Positions 20,891-31,839 of a stretch of 64,000 bases of DNA are shown in pieces; the stretch's first letter is position 1; each line of letters opens with the position of its first letter. The stretch is from contig CAWAIN010000005.1 in assembly GCA_963782195.1 (NCBI GenBank), positions 538,858 through 602,857 on the forward strand. The letters run 5' to 3'. The stretch comes from an uncultured Pseudomonadota bacterium. GTDB lineage: Bacteria; Pseudomonadota; Alphaproteobacteria; Rhizobiales; Beijerinckiaceae. The notes below the pieces were generated by a model. The model saw only the letters and a list, made by a program, of their open reading frames with translations. It searched no databases and was not told where the DNA came from. Made by a program: the position numbers and the translations under genes.

Positions 20891-22027
20891 TCATGCCACC
20901 GGGGCCTGCGTCTTCAGGGTGCGATAGACATAGTCCGCCGCCGGCACATTTCCATCGACTTCCTCGAAAGTCGCGGCGATCGCAGCAACTTTATCGTGGT
21001 TCGGCGACAGGTGGCAGATCGGATCGGTATTCCGCGCATCGCCAGTCAGCGCCATCGCCTGGCAGCGGCAGCCGCCGTAATCCTGATGTTTGCGCGGGCA
21101 CGACCGGCAGGGTTCGACCATCCAGTCGTCACCGCGGTAGGCGTTGAACGCCGGCGCGTTGAACCAGACGTCGGCAATCGAATGATCGCGGACGTTCCAG
21201 AATTCAAGGCCGGGGATGGTTTCCGCGGCATGGCAGGGCAAAACCTTGCCGTGCGGCGTGATATTCAGCGTACGCTTGGCCCAGCCGCCCATGCAGGCTT
21301 TGGGATATTTGGCATAATAGTCCGGCGCGACATGATCGATGACGATCTTGCCCGCATAGAACTTGCGCAGCGCCTCGACCTCAGTCACCGCCTTTTCGAC
21401 CTGCTCCCGCGACGGCATGAGCGCCTGCCGGTTGAGATAGGCCCAGGCATAATATTGCGTATGCGCGATCTCGGCACGCCGCGCGCCAAGTTCGACGGCA
21501 AGTTCCACCATGCGCCCGGCGCGAGCGATATTGGCGCGATGGATGACGGCATTGACGGTTAGCGGAATGCCGACCTCATTGACCCATTTGGCGACATCCA
21601 TCTTGCGGGCGAAACCGCCCTTGTAGCCACCGATCCGGTCAGCTGACTCTGCCTCGGCATCCTGAATCGAAAGCTGGACGTGATCGAGCCCCGCATCGGC
21701 CAGTTCGCGCATCCGCTTTTCGGAGATGCCGACGCCCGAGGTGATGAGGTTGGTATAAAGGCCGACATCGTGGCAGTGCTTGACGAGTTCGACCAGATCA
21801 GGCCGCGACGCCGGTTCGCCACCGGAGAGATGCACATGCAGAACACCGACGGCCGCCGCCTCGGAGAAGACGCGCTTCCAGGTTTCCGTATCGAGTTCCC
21901 CCGCACGCGAATCGAGTTCGATCGGATTCGAACAATAGGGACATGAGAGCGGGCAGCGGTGCGTCAGTTCGGCGAGAACGCCGACGGGCGCAGCAATCGC
22001 TTCCGAGACTTTCTGTGGTGCATTCAT
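20891..22027 (-). CDS. pqqE: PQQ biosynthesis radical SAM/SPASM protein
   Basis: [38 protein letters not shown]-x2-C..GGCRCQA SPASM motif. Confidence 0.96.
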   Translation of the reverse strand: MNAPQKVSEAIAAPVGVLAELTHRCPLSCPYCSNPIELDSRAGELDTETWKRVFSEAAAVGVLHVHLSGGEPASRPDLVELVKHCHDVGLYTNLITSGVGISEKRMRELADAGLDHVQLSIQDAEAESADRIGGYKGGFARKMDVAKWVNEVGIPLTVNAVIHRANIARAGRMVELAVELGARRAEIAHTQYYAWAYLNRQALMPSREQVEKAVTEVEALRKFYAGKIVIDHVAPDYYAKYPKACMGGWAKRTLNITPHGKVLPCHAAETIPGLEFWNVRDHSIADVWFNAPAFNAYRGDDWMVEPCRSCPRKHQDYGGCRCQAMALTGDARNTDPICHLSPNHDKVAAIAATFEEVDGNVPAADYVYRTLKTQAPVA

Positions 22028-22311
22028 AGATCCACCATCCGTTTCGCCGCGAGTTCCGCGAGCAGAGCCCGCACGTCGGTGTCGATCCGCGCGCGGTCCG
22101 CGGCAAACGCGGCGGCGAGCTGATCGACGATCTCGTCTAATGTGGCCTTGCCGTCGCAACGCTTCAAGATTTCGACGGCAACGCCGTTAAGTTTCAAGAC
22201 GCGCTCGGGCGCCATCAAGAGCCATTCGTCGCGCGTTGCATCATGTTTCAGATGCATGCCACGCGGCAAATGTGGTTTCGACTCTGCGTTGACGGCGGCC
22301 GCGTCGCTCAT
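22024..22311 (-). CDS. pqqD: PQQ peptide chaperone
   Basis: [31 protein letters not shown]; translationally coupled between pqqC and pqqE. Confidence 0.92.
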   Translation of the reverse strand: MSDAAAVNAESKPHLPRGMHLKHDATRDEWLLMAPERVLKLNGVAVEILKRCDGKATLDEIVDQLAAAFAADRARIDTDVRALLAELAAKRMVDL

Positions 22312-23066
22312 GCCGCCCTGCTGCGCGGGGTCGCCACAGTGCCCGGCTCCCAGACGCCCGGCGAACGATAGTTCTCGACGTAGCCGGTCCAGAGCGCGTC
22401 GAGTTGCGTCCAGAGCACATCGCATTTGAACTCGAGTGCCTTGATGACGGCCTGCTGCTGTTCGACGGTTTTGGCGTGCGTCTTGACGAAATCGAGCGCC
22501 CAATCGGCATCACGCTTCGCCTGCGTCGGCCGATAGGAGAAATAGGCCAGCGTATCCTTGCTGACGTAATCGTAATTCGCCAGCATGCCCGACATGCGCT
22601 CGCCGATGATATTCGGCGAGAACAATTCGGTCAGAGATGAGGCGACAGCTTCGACCGGGCTGCGCTCGCGGACAAAGGTGGCATAGGCTTCAACGGCGAA
22701 CCGCGTCGCCGGCAGAATACCCGCGGTCGATTCAACGTAGTCGCGTGGAAAACCGAGACTGTCGGTAAGCTTCAACCAGCGCTCGATGCCGCCATCGCCG
22801 GGTTTAAGTCCATCATGATCTTCGATCCGCTTGCGCCACTGGCGCCGATCCTCGGCGTCGGTCAGGCGCGTCAGGACGATCGCATCCTTGATCGGGATCA
22901 TCGATTGATAAAAGTAGCGGTTCAACGCCCAGGCTTGAATTTCTTCGTATGTACATTTGCCGCTGTATTGGCGGGCGTGAAAGCGATGCTTGTTATGATA
23001 GCGCTCGGCGCCGACTGCACGCAGCGCGGCTTCCAATTCATCCGGGCTCAAAAATTTCTGGCTCAT
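22308..23066 (-). CDS. pqqC: Pyrroloquinoline-quinone synthase
   Basis: YHNKHRFH, WALNRYFYQ, RIEDHDG, RFAVEAY, SLTELFSP, FKCDVLW. Confidence 0.96.
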   Translation of the reverse strand: MSQKFLSPDELEAALRAVGAERYHNKHRFHARQYSGKCTYEEIQAWALNRYFYQSMIPIKDAIVLTRLTDAEDRRQWRKRIEDHDGLKPGDGGIERWLKLTDSLGFPRDYVESTAGILPATRFAVEAYATFVRERSPVEAVASSLTELFSPNIIGERMSGMLANYDYVSKDTLAYFSYRPTQAKRDADWALDFVKTHAKTVEQQQAVIKALEFKCDVLWTQLDALWTGYVENYRSPGVWEPGTVATPRSRAA

Positions 23067-23962
23067 AGTGCGATCTCCATCCCGTCATAAGATATTTCCC
23101 ACCCCGCCGCCTCGGCCTTACTGCGCTCGGGCGAATCCTCAATGAGGACGGGGTTGGTATTATTGATATGCACGAAGATCTTGCGGTGTATATTGAGGTC
23201 GCTCAACCGCGAGAGAGAACCTTTTTCGCCCGTCATCGCCGTATGCCCCATGCGCCATGCGGTCTTGTTCGAGAGGCCGAGTTTGACCATTTCGTCGTCG
23301 GTGAATGTCGTGCCATCGAAAAGCAGAAGATCGGCGTGGCGCAGCTTCTCTTGCAGCTTGTCGGTCACTTCGGCACAGCCCGGGATGTAATAAAACGTCT
23401 TGCCGTTGCCGTTGATTTCGAGACCGACGGTCGTCTCACCTTCGGCGCCGATCTCGACCGATCCGCTTTCAAGATAGAGCGGCACCTTGCCTGGCACAGC
23501 GAAGGGCGTGATACGCAGCCCGATGCCGGTATCGACGGTTTGTCCAAGCTCGACTTCGTTGAATGTAACAAGGTCACGGTTCAGCACGCCGAAAATGTTG
23601 CCGCCGGTAACTTCGGCCAACGTCGTCTTGCTGCCATAGACCGTGAAGCTCTGCTGCTCGCGCAGAGTCAAAAGCCCGGTCAGATGATCGACATCGCCAT
23701 TGGTGACGAAAACCGCGGAGATCGGCGATTGGCGTTTGGCGCCGCGCGGATGCAATTGCGGTGTTGAGATGATCTGCTGGCGAAGGTCGGGCGAGGCGTT
23801 GAGTAACAGCCAATGTTCGCCGTCCGCGCTGACCGCGAGGCTGGACTGCGTCCGCGGCTTGACGCGTTTGTCGCCTTTCCAGGCAAGCTGGCAGACGGGG
23901 CAAAGGCAATTCCACTGCGGGAAGCCTCCCCCGGCTGCTGCGCCGAGGACGATGATCTGCAA
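23063..23962 (-). CDS. pqqB: PQQ biosynthesis protein PqqB
   Basis: LGAAAGGGFPQWNC, RTQSS, NASPDL, DVDHLTGLLTLRE, HINNTNP. Confidence 0.97.
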   Translation of the reverse strand: MQIIVLGAAAGGGFPQWNCLCPVCQLAWKGDKRVKPRTQSSLAVSADGEHWLLLNASPDLRQQIISTPQLHPRGAKRQSPISAVFVTNGDVDHLTGLLTLREQQSFTVYGSKTTLAEVTGGNIFGVLNRDLVTFNEVELGQTVDTGIGLRITPFAVPGKVPLYLESGSVEIGAEGETTVGLEINGNGKTFYYIPGCAEVTDKLQEKLRHADLLLFDGTTFTDDEMVKLGLSNKTAWRMGHTAMTGEKGSLSRLSDLNIHRKIFVHINNTNPVLIEDSPERSKAEAAGWEISYDGMEIAL

Positions 23963-24011
23963 GATAGCGCCCTCGGCTTATCGTTGGGAAACCAGCACTG
24001 GTTTCGGCCGA

Positions 24012-24090
24012 TTAGATCTCAGCCGACTCTGTAGCTGGTGACTTCCATACCGACGCAAACTTCGACGGCAACCGGAGCAGTCCAAGCCAT
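24012..24090 (-). CDS. pqqA: PQQ precursor peptide PqqA (one extra base at 24030)
   Basis: GGAGG RBS, MAWTAPVAVEVCVGMEVTSY with ExxxY. As read it ends RVG* at 24019; removing one base gives the canonical ESAEI* ending at 24012. Missed by ORF track. Confidence 0.9.
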
Positions 24091-24273
24091 GATTTCCTCC
24101 ATTAGCTTTTCCGTTTTGGACAGAACGCGTCTGTCCAAGGCGGATGTGACATAAAATAATGCGCCACGCGAGGAGAAGTTAGGGCCGCAGGTTCTTTCTT
24201 ACAGATGTATTACAATCAAGCGTTTACGGTGCTTTTAGGCAGCCGATTTTTCAGATTTTTGTAACACAAAAAC

Positions 24274-25617
24274 CTATTGCGGCGGCGTTCCGTTAAGCCG
24301 CAAAACTTCGCCGGCAAGGTAAAGCGAACCGGCGATCAGCACGCGCGGCGGCACTGCCCATTTGCGCGCCGTTAAGAACCGCAACGCCGATTCGACGCTC
24401 TCGCAGGCGACCGCTGGCAGGCCAGCCGCATTGGCCAGCGCCGCGATATCGCCGGGCGTCCGCGCCGCATGTTCACCATGAACCGGCACGGCGAGCACCT
24501 CCTGCGCCAGCCCCTTGAAAGCGCGCAGAAACGCCGCGGTGTCCTTCGTTGCCAGCGTCCCGGTCACGACAACGAGAGGGCGTGGCGCCTTTTCCTCGCG
24601 ATCAGCCATCGCCTGTGAGAGAACACGCGCGCCATCCTCGTTATGGGCGCCGTCGAGCCAGACTTCCGAGCCTGCCGGTGCCAGAGCCACGAGATTGCCC
24701 TTGCTCAGGCGTTGCAGGCGCGCCGGCCATTCTGCGGTCGCGAGGCCGACTTCCAGAGCGTGCGGCGAAAGCGCGGGCTCGACGAGCCGCAAGGTCGCGA
24801 TCGCACCTGCCGCATTCTGGTGTTGATGCCGCCCGGCCAATTTCGGCAGCGGCAGATCGATCAGTCCGGCTTCGTCTTCGTAAATGAGGCGCCCGTGTTC
24901 CTCGCGTACATGAAAATCCTGCCCGGCAATTTGCAGAGGCGCGCCGACCTTCGCTGCCTGCGCTTCCAGCACGGCGAGCGCTTCGGGCTGCTGAAAGCCG
25001 AGGACGGCAAGCACGCCATGCTTCAGGATTCCGGCCTTCTCGCCGGCGATTTCGGCGACACTATTGCCGAGAAATTCGGGATGATCCATCGACACCGGCG
25101 TGATGAGTGTCGCGGCTGGACGCGCGATGACATTGGTTGCATCGACGCGGCCGCCGAGGCCGACTTCGAGCAGCAGATAATCCGCCGGATGACGATTGAA
25201 GAGGACGAAAGCCGCGGCCGTCGTTACCTCAAAGAATGTGATCGGCGCGCCGTCATTCACCTTTTCGCAGAGCGCCAACGTCTCGGCGAGTTCGCTATCT
25301 TCGACGAGTTGGCCGCCGCCTTTATGACCGAGCCTAATGCGCTCGTGAAAACGCACAAGATGCGGTGAGGTATAGACATGCGCGGTCTTGCCCGCGGCCT
25401 CGAGAATCGCGCGCATGAAGGCGATGCTCGAACCCTTGCCATTCGTGCCGGCAACGTGGATCACCGGCGGCAGACGATCCTGCGGCGAGCCCAAATCCTT
25501 CAGCAGCCGCTCGATGCGGCCGAGCGACAGATCGATTTTCTTGGGATGCAGATCGAGCAAGCGTTCGAGAATCGGGTCCGATTGCCCGGCCGCCCGCTCA
25601 AACGACGGCGCGCTCAT
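24274..25617 (-). CDS. folC: Folylpolyglutamate synthase/dihydrofolate synthase
   Basis: [49 protein letters not shown]. Confidence 0.96.
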   Translation of the reverse strand: MSAPSFERAAGQSDPILERLLDLHPKKIDLSLGRIERLLKDLGSPQDRLPPVIHVAGTNGKGSSIAFMRAILEAAGKTAHVYTSPHLVRFHERIRLGHKGGGQLVEDSELAETLALCEKVNDGAPITFFEVTTAAAFVLFNRHPADYLLLEVGLGGRVDATNVIARPAATLITPVSMDHPEFLGNSVAEIAGEKAGILKHGVLAVLGFQQPEALAVLEAQAAKVGAPLQIAGQDFHVREEHGRLIYEDEAGLIDLPLPKLAGRHQHQNAAGAIATLRLVEPALSPHALEVGLATAEWPARLQRLSKGNLVALAPAGSEVWLDGAHNEDGARVLSQAMADREEKAPRPLVVVTGTLATKDTAAFLRAFKGLAQEVLAVPVHGEHAARTPGDIAALANAAGLPAVACESVESALRFLTARKWAVPPRVLIAGSLYLAGEVLRLNGTPPQ

Positions 25618-26480
25618 GCGGCATCCTGCAGCGCTGGGCGATGCGTGAGCAGCGCGCACAGCCGCGCCAATGTCGCGCGCATCTCATGCCGGCGCACGAC
25701 CATATCGACCATGCCGTGCGACTGGAGATATTCGGCGCGCTGAAAACCTTCTGGCAGACGCTCGCGGATCGTTTGCTCGATCACGCGCGCACCAGCAAAG
25801 CCGATGACGGCACCGGGTTCGGCGATGTGCACATCGCCCAACATCGCATAGGAAGCGGTGACGCCGCCGGTCGTCGGATTGGTCAGGACGACGATGTAGG
25901 GCAGCTTCGCCGCGCGCAGCTTCTGCACCGCGACCGTCGTGCGCGGCATCTGCATGAGCGAGAACATGCCTTCCTGCATGCGTGCGCCGCCTGAGGCGGT
26001 GAACATGATGAAAGGCGTGTGGTTGGCGACCGCATGCAACATGCCGGTCACGATGGCTTCGCCCGCCGCCATGCCGAGCGAACCGCCGAGAAATTCAAAA
26101 TCCTGAATGCCGATTGTAACGCCGATACTCTCGATCTGGCCGGTGCAGATTTTTACCGAGTTGTGCGCGCCGGTTTTCAGTCGATTTTCCTTGAGGCGAT
26201 CGACGTAGCGCTTCACGTCGCGAAATTTCAGCGGATCAGGCGGCACATCCGGCGTCGGTATCGTCTCATAGGCGCCATGGTCGAAGAGTGTTTCGAGCCG
26301 CGCCTTGACGGGCATCTTCATGTGGTAGCCGGAGCCGGGCACGACATAGAGATTGGATTCGAGATCCTTATGAAAGATCAGTTCGCCGCTGTCCGGGCAT
26401 TTGACCCACAGGTTTTCCGGCGTCTCGCGGCGCAGGAACGAGCGGATTTTCGGCGGAACGACGTTGGAGATCCAGTTCAT
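25614..26480 (-). CDS. accD: Acetyl-CoA carboxylase carboxyltransferase beta subunit
   Basis: [47 protein letters not shown]. Confidence 0.97.
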   Translation of the reverse strand: MNWISNVVPPKIRSFLRRETPENLWVKCPDSGELIFHKDLESNLYVVPGSGYHMKMPVKARLETLFDHGAYETIPTPDVPPDPLKFRDVKRYVDRLKENRLKTGAHNSVKICTGQIESIGVTIGIQDFEFLGGSLGMAAGEAIVTGMLHAVANHTPFIMFTASGGARMQEGMFSLMQMPRTTVAVQKLRAAKLPYIVVLTNPTTGGVTASYAMLGDVHIAEPGAVIGFAGARVIEQTIRERLPEGFQRAEYLQSHGMVDMVVRRHEMRATLARLCALLTHRPALQDAA

Positions 26481-26556
26481 ATAAATCTCTGATTAGGGCG
26501 CCCGTGATCGGGCACGAAGGCGCCAATTTATCCGTTTGGCGGCCGGGCGCAAAGCC

Positions 26557-27390
26557 TTAGACGGGCTGGCGGGTGACCTCGCGGACGCCGGCGGCCAAGT
26601 CACGGACCAGATCGGTCACGGCGGTGACGCTGGCCGAAGTCGAGTGGCCCTCTTCATCAAGAGATTTGCGCAGCGCATCAACGAGCGCCGAACCGACGAC
26701 AACGCCGTCGGCGACCTTGGCGATCGCGGCGGCACTCTCCGCGTTCTTGACGCCGAAGCCGACCGCAACCGGCAGGCTTGTATGCTGCTTGAGGCGCGCG
26801 ACGGCGGCGCCGACCTTGCCATAATCGGGCGTCGCGGCGCCGGTGATGCCGGTGATCGAGACGTAATAGACGAAGCCCGCAGTATGGGCGAGCACCGCCG
26901 GCAGGCGCGCGTCGTCGGTCGTCGGCGTCGCGAGGCGGATGAAGTCGAGCCCCGCGTCGAGCGCCGGCAGGCAGAGTTCGCTGTCTTCCTCAGGCGGCAG
27001 ATCGACGACGATCAGGCCATCGACGCCCGCGGCCTTCGCGTCCTCGAGGAAACGCGCGACGCCATAGACATAGATCGGGTTGTAATAGCCCATCAGAATG
27101 AGCGGCGTCGCCGCGTCGGTTTTGCGGAAGTCCGCGACAAGGGCGAGCACTTTGGTGAGCGTCGTCTTCGCCGCCAGGGCCCGCAAACCTGCCGCCTGGA
27201 TCGCCGGACCATCCGCCATTGGATCGGTAAAGGGCATGCCCAATTCGATGACATCGGCGCCCGCTTCCGGCAGGGCCTTCAGCAGAGCGAGCGAAGTTTC
27301 GAGGTCTGGATCGCCGCCCATGACGAAGGTCACAAGCGCGGCGCGGCCCTCGCGGGCGGTCTCGGCAAAACGGGTGTCGATGCGGGTCAT
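26557..27390 (-). CDS. trpA: Tryptophan synthase alpha chain
   Basis: [47 protein letters not shown]. Confidence 0.97.
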   Translation of the reverse strand: MTRIDTRFAETAREGRAALVTFVMGGDPDLETSLALLKALPEAGADVIELGMPFTDPMADGPAIQAAGLRALAAKTTLTKVLALVADFRKTDAATPLILMGYYNPIYVYGVARFLEDAKAAGVDGLIVVDLPPEEDSELCLPALDAGLDFIRLATPTTDDARLPAVLAHTAGFVYYVSITGITGAATPDYGKVGAAVARLKQHTSLPVAVGFGVKNAESAAAIAKVADGVVVGSALVDALRKSLDEEGHSTSASVTAVTDLVRDLAAGVREVTRQPV

Positions 27391-27449
27391 GGCGGGGGGT
27401 GGCTAACACGAAGCACCGGCCCGCGAAAGTCTCGACAAGCCCATATCTG

Positions 27450-27478
27450 ATGATATACATTAATGATAAGTATATCAT
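27450..27478. promoter_or_regulatory. Palindromic operator upstream of the toxin-antitoxin operon
   Basis: ATGATATAC-N11-GTATATCAT perfect 9-bp inverted repeat ending 11 nt before the antitoxin ATG; AT-rich. Confidence 0.65.
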
Positions 27479-27489
27479 GGAGGCAGGCG

Positions 27490-27723
27490 ATGCAGATTGC
27501 GAAATGGGGCAACAGCCTTGCAGTACGGCTGCCCAAATCCGTCGTTGAGGCTTTGGACCTGAAGGAAGGCGATGACGTCGCAATCGAAGTTCTGGGCGCG
27601 CGCAGCCTGGCGGTCGAAAAGACGGCATCGCCACAAGAATTGCTTTCGCGGTTGAGAAAATACCGTGGCCGCCTGCCCGCCGACTTCCGCTTCGATCGCC
27701 TGGAAGCAAATGAGCGCAAGTGA
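27490..27723 (+). CDS. vapB: AbrB/MazE-fold antitoxin (VapB)
   Basis: MQIAKWGNSLAVRLPK..L.LKEGD.V signature. Confidence 0.88.
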   Translation: MQIAKWGNSLAVRLPKSVVEALDLKEGDDVAIEVLGARSLAVEKTASPQELLSRLRKYRGRLPADFRFDRLEANERK

Positions 27724-28120
27724 TCGAGTCTTCTTCGATACGAACGTGCTCCTGTATCTGCTCTCGGACGATGCCCGCAAGGCAGACCGCACCGAAACTC
27801 TGCTGTCGGAAGGCGGGATAGTCAGCGTGCAAGTCATCAATGAATTCGCTGCCGTTGGGCGCCGCAAACTACGGCTCGCATGGCCGGAAATCCGCGAGAT
27901 ATTGGCGACCATCCGCGCCGTCACTCGCGTCGAACCTTTGACCCTTTCAACGCACGACGCCGGACTCGACGTCGCTGCTCGTTACGACTTTACGCTTTAT
28001 GATGCGATGATCGTCGCCACGGCATTGCAAGCGCAATGTACGCTGCTTTATTCGGAAGACATGCAGCACGGCCAAATCATCGACACGCTGATGATCCGCA
28101 ATCCGTTTCGAGAAGCCTGA
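27710..28120 (+). CDS. vapC: PIN-domain toxin (VapC)
   Basis: FFDTNVLLY, VQVINEF, YDAMIVATA, LYSED acidic PIN residues; overlaps the antitoxin stop. Confidence 0.9.
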   Translation: MSASDRVFFDTNVLLYLLSDDARKADRTETLLSEGGIVSVQVINEFAAVGRRKLRLAWPEIREILATIRAVTRVEPLTLSTHDAGLDVAARYDFTLYDAMIVATALQAQCTLLYSEDMQHGQIIDTLMIRNPFREA

Positions 28121-28134
28121 CACGGCGAAAATTC

Positions 28135-29013
28135 TTACGGCAGCACGCCGTATTTCTCGAACCAGGCCTTCATCCGTTTCCAGCCGTCTTCCGCCGCGTC
28201 TTTGCGATAGCTTGGGCGGTAATCGGCGTGAAAGCCGTGCCCGGCGCCCGGATAGATATGGAACTCGGCCGTCTTATGGTCCGCCGCCAGCGCGGCCTTC
28301 ATCTTCTCGACCTGATCCGGCGTAATGCCCTGATCCTGCGCGCCGTAAAGTCCGAGCACCGGCGCCTTCACTTCGCCTGCAAGCTGATAGGCATTCTTCG
28401 GCATGGCGGCACTCGGCGGGTCCATCAGGCTGCCATAGAAGGCGACGCCGGCCTTCAGATTCGGATTATGCGTCGAATAAAGCCAGACGGTGCGGCCGCC
28501 CCGGCAGAAGCCGATAATGCCGACGCGCGCCGGGTCGCCGCCCTGCTTCACGGCCCAGGCAAGCGTCGCATCCAGATCGGCGAATAATTCCTTATCCGGC
28601 TTGCTGTTGACGATCGGCAGCAGCTTCGGAAGCTCGGAGATTTTCGAGACATCACCAAGCCGGAAGTAATAGTCCGGCGCAACCGCCAACGCCCCGAGCT
28701 TGCCAAGCCGGCGGGTCACATCCTTGATGTACTCGTGCAGGCCGAAGACTTCCATCGCGACAAGGATGATCGGTGGCTTTTTCGCGCCCTCGGGCTCGGC
28801 GAAATAAAGCGGCATGTCACCACCCGCAACGGCGACCTTGGCCATGCCGGCATTGAGACCTTCGGCCGAGGTATGAATCGCATCGGCGCGCACCGGCCCG
28901 GCGGCAAGCGTATAACCCGTAGCAGCAGCGCCAGCCGTCGTCATGAAGCCGCGCCGCGACAGTGGCGCGACTTTGGTCAAACCTTCGATATCGGACATGA
29001 TCGGCTGCGACAC
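28135..29013 (-). CDS. Dienelactone hydrolase family protein with Tat-like leader
   Basis: EVFGLHEYIKDVTRRL, GFCRGG nucleophile elbow, GHGFHADYRPSY; SRRGFM twin-arginine motif. Confidence 0.9.
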   Translation of the reverse strand: MSQPIMSDIEGLTKVAPLSRRGFMTTAGAAATGYTLAAGPVRADAIHTSAEGLNAGMAKVAVAGGDMPLYFAEPEGAKKPPIILVAMEVFGLHEYIKDVTRRLGKLGALAVAPDYYFRLGDVSKISELPKLLPIVNSKPDKELFADLDATLAWAVKQGGDPARVGIIGFCRGGRTVWLYSTHNPNLKAGVAFYGSLMDPPSAAMPKNAYQLAGEVKAPVLGLYGAQDQGITPDQVEKMKAALAADHKTAEFHIYPGAGHGFHADYRPSYRKDAAEDGWKRMKAWFEKYGVLP

Positions 29014-29041
29014 GCGCGAACTCCCGAAAACAGAAAAGCGC

Positions 29042-30277
29042 TCACATCCCGCCGAGATGATCGGCGACGGTGAAGATGTCCTTGTCGCCGCGGCCGGAGA
29101 TGTTGACCACCATAAGATGATCGCGCGGCTTTTGCGGCGCGATGTCGATCACTTTCGCGAGCGCGTGCGCAGGCTCGAGCGCCGGAATGATGCCTTCCTG
29201 CTGCGCGCAAAGCTGGAAAGCGGCGAGCGCCTCGGAATCGGTCGCCGAAAGATATGTGACGCGGCCTGTCTCCTTAAGCCAGGAATGTTCCGGCCCGATG
29301 CCCGGATAATCGAGACCGGCGGAGATTGAATGGCCCTCCTCGATCTGCCCGTCGGCATCCATCAAAAGATACGTGCGATTGCCGTGCAGAACGCCGGGCC
29401 GGCCGCCGGCAAGCGACGCCGCATGCGCCTTGTCGAGGCCATAGCCCGCGGCTTCGACGCCGTAGATTTCGATCTGCCGGTCGTCGAGGAAAGGATGAAA
29501 GAGACCGATCGCGTTCGACCCGCCGCCGATGCAGGCGAAAAGCGAATCTGGCAGCCTACCTTCCGCCGCCTGCATCTGCGTGCGCGTCTCTTCGCCGATC
29601 ACGCATTGAAAGTCGCGCACCATCGCGGGATAGGGATGCGGGCCTGCCGCCGTGCCGATGCAATAGAACGTGTTCTCGACATTGGTGACCCAATCCCGTA
29701 ACGCCTCGTTCATCGCATCCTTCAACGTGCGCGCACCGGATTGCACCGGCACCACCTTCGCGCCGAGCATATTCATGCGGAAGACATTCGGCTTCTGCCG
29801 CTCGACATCGACCGCGCCCATATAGACGATACATTCGAGGCCGAAGCGGGCGCAGGCGGTCGCCGTCGCGACACCATGCTGGCCGGCGCCGGTTTCGGCA
29901 ATGATGCGCGTCTTGCCCATGCGCCGCGCGAGCAGGATCTGGCCAAGCACATTGTTGATCTTGTGCGCGCCGGTGTGATTCAACTCCTCGCGCTTGAAAT
30001 AGATTTTCGCGCCGTGCTCGGCGTCGGCGGCCTTGCCGCGTAGATAGTCCGTTAGCCGTTCGGCGAAATAGAGCGGGCTCGGACGTCCAACGTAATAGGT
30101 GAGGAGGTTGTTGAGTTCGGCGTGAAACGCCGGGTCCTTCTTCGCCGCCTCGTAATGGCGTTCGAGATCGAGAATGAGCGGCATCAACGTCTCGGCGACG
30201 AAACGTCCGCCGAAAATGCCAAAATGCCCGCGGTCGTCGGGGCCAGTGCGGAAGGAGTTCGGGTTTTCCAGTTGCAA
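29042..30277 (-). CDS. trpB: Tryptophan synthase beta chain
   Basis: [49 protein letters not shown]. Confidence 0.98.
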   Translation of the reverse strand: MQLENPNSFRTGPDDRGHFGIFGGRFVAETLMPLILDLERHYEAAKKDPAFHAELNNLLTYYVGRPSPLYFAERLTDYLRGKAADAEHGAKIYFKREELNHTGAHKINNVLGQILLARRMGKTRIIAETGAGQHGVATATACARFGLECIVYMGAVDVERQKPNVFRMNMLGAKVVPVQSGARTLKDAMNEALRDWVTNVENTFYCIGTAAGPHPYPAMVRDFQCVIGEETRTQMQAAEGRLPDSLFACIGGGSNAIGLFHPFLDDRQIEIYGVEAAGYGLDKAHAASLAGGRPGVLHGNRTYLLMDADGQIEEGHSISAGLDYPGIGPEHSWLKETGRVTYLSATDSEALAAFQLCAQQEGIIPALEPAHALAKVIDIAPQKPRDHLMVVNISGRGDKDIFTVADHLGGM

Positions 30278-30323
30278 TGTGCTCTCGTGTTCTCGATTTG
30301 CGCTGCTTCTTAACTGTTTCGTC

Positions 30324-30374
30324 GCATCGGATTTATCCGAAAACCGCTTCGCATTTTTCGGTCCGATGCTCTAG
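30324..30374 (-). repeat. Rhizobial intergenic palindromic repeat, family B copy 1 (abuts the trpF stop)
   Basis: CTAGAGCATCGGACCGAAAAATGCGAAGCGGTTTTCGGATAAATCCGATGC; similar to 40853-40898. Confidence 0.75.
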
Positions 30375-31036
30375 CCGCTCTCAGCCAGTGAACCAAGCCT
30401 TTCCGTCGCCCGCGCCGCGGCAATGAAACGGGCGATTTTGCCAATATCCTTGACGCCACGGGCGCTTTCGACGCCGGACGACACATCGACGCCCGGCGCG
30501 CCTGTCGCCGCGATCGCCGCCGCGACATTATCCGCCGTCAAGCCGCCACCGAGCAGCCACGGCTTGGCGAAGCTGCGCCCCGCCAGCAAGGTCCAATCGA
30601 AGGCACGGCCATTGCCGCCCGGCAGCGCCACCGCGTCAGCGGGTTGGGCATCGAAAAGCAGCATGTCGGCGACCCTTTCGTAAGCACCGATCTTGTCGAG
30701 GTCGGCCGCCGTTCCGAGCCCAATCGCCTTCATCACCGGTCGCCCGAATCTTGCGCGGATCGCCGCGACTCGCGCCGGGGTTTCCGCGCCGTGCAATTGC
30801 AAAATGTCAGGTGCGAAAGCTTCGATCGCGGCGCTGAGCAAATCGTCGTCGGCATCGACGGTGAGCAGCGTTTTTGGCGCCCGGCCTGCGACCAAGGCGA
30901 CAAGCGCCGGCGCGACCGCGAGCGGCACATGCCGCGGGCTGCGCGTATAATGAACGAAGCCGACCATATCGGCGCCGGCATCAAGGGCGGCGGCAAGCGT
31001 CTCGGAGGTCGAAAGCCCGCAGATTTTGACGATCAT
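30371..31036 (-). CDS. trpF: Phosphoribosylanthranilate isomerase
   Basis: VKICGL, LQLHG, LLFDA, GGNGRAFDW, GVDVSSGVE. Confidence 0.96.
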   Translation of the reverse strand: MIVKICGLSTSETLAAALDAGADMVGFVHYTRSPRHVPLAVAPALVALVAGRAPKTLLTVDADDDLLSAAIEAFAPDILQLHGAETPARVAAIRARFGRPVMKAIGLGTAADLDKIGAYERVADMLLFDAQPADAVALPGGNGRAFDWTLLAGRSFAKPWLLGGGLTADNVAAAIAATGAPGVDVSSGVESARGVKDIGKIARFIAAARATERLGSLAESG

Positions 31037-31102
31037 GCCGGGCTTTTACACGGGTATACGCGTAAAAAACACAGTTCTGCGTTTTTTACACGAGCAGTGC
31101 GT

Positions 31103-31393
31103 TTACGAATGCGTGGTCTGGCTGCGCAGCCGTGCGGCCTCGGCGCGGCTCTCCCGCAAGGCGCGACGATGCCTGCCCTGCGACAGCCAGGTAAAAAAGC
31201 CGCCGAGCAAGACGCCCACGACGATCGCAACAATGAGCACGATAAACAGCGGCGCTTCGACCGCGCCGGCCGAAGTTGAGGTAAATGGATCGAACGAGAC
31301 CATGACGGCGTGGCGGTTCGCCACCGCCAGGGCAACGCCGATGATCGCGAGCGGCAGCAGAATCAGCACTTCCAGAAGGCGTTTCATCTGCAA
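31103..31393 (-). CDS. LapA/DUF1049 family membrane protein
   Basis: Two hydrophobic helices, ANRHAVMVSFDP, WLSQGRHRR; downstream of ihfB as usual. Confidence 0.75.
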   Translation of the reverse strand: MQMKRLLEVLILLPLAIIGVALAVANRHAVMVSFDPFTSTSAGAVEAPLFIVLIVAIVVGVLLGGFFTWLSQGRHRRALRESRAEAARLRSQTTHS

Positions 31394-31408
31394 GACCCGC
31401 GGCTGCGA

Positions 31409-31699
31409 TCAGCTAAGATAGCCCTCGTTGAGGCGTTCGCGCATTTCCTTGCCGGTCTTAAAGAACGGCACGGCCTTTTCGTCAACGGACACATGCGCAC
31501 CCGTGCGCGGATTGCGGCCCAAACGCGCGTCGCGATGCTTGACCGAAAAAGCGCCGAAGCCGCGCAGTTCCACCCGGTCGCCGCGGGCCAGCGCTTTGAC
31601 AATCTCGTCGAGGATGGCGTTCACGATCTTCTCAACATCGCGCAGATAGAGATGCGGATTGCGGTCTGCGATCCGCTGCACGAGTTCCGACTTGATCAT
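31409..31699 (-). CDS. ihfB: Integration host factor beta
   Basis: [39 protein letters not shown]. Confidence 0.96.
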   Translation of the reverse strand: MIKSELVQRIADRNPHLYLRDVEKIVNAILDEIVKALARGDRVELRGFGAFSVKHRDARLGRNPRTGAHVSVDEKAVPFFKTGKEMRERLNEGYLS

Positions 31700-31839
31700 G
31701 TTGCGCCCCCTGCCGTCATTCATAGCCGACTTCGCCCTCACGCGAAGCCTGCCCGGCGCACTCCAGTCCCCGGAGAGCGCGCCTTATGCCACCAAATCAT
31801 GTTCTAAGGTGACCGCCAACGTCCAAAACACCTTTGGCT

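Noticed and set aside
26536-27450. Long antisense or alternative-frame ORFs (e.g. 304 aa opposite trpA, 603 aa opposite rpsA, 327 aa opposite sppA, 356 aa opposite bioB)
   Set aside because: Typical shadow ORFs of high-GC coding sequence; no motifs or RBS.
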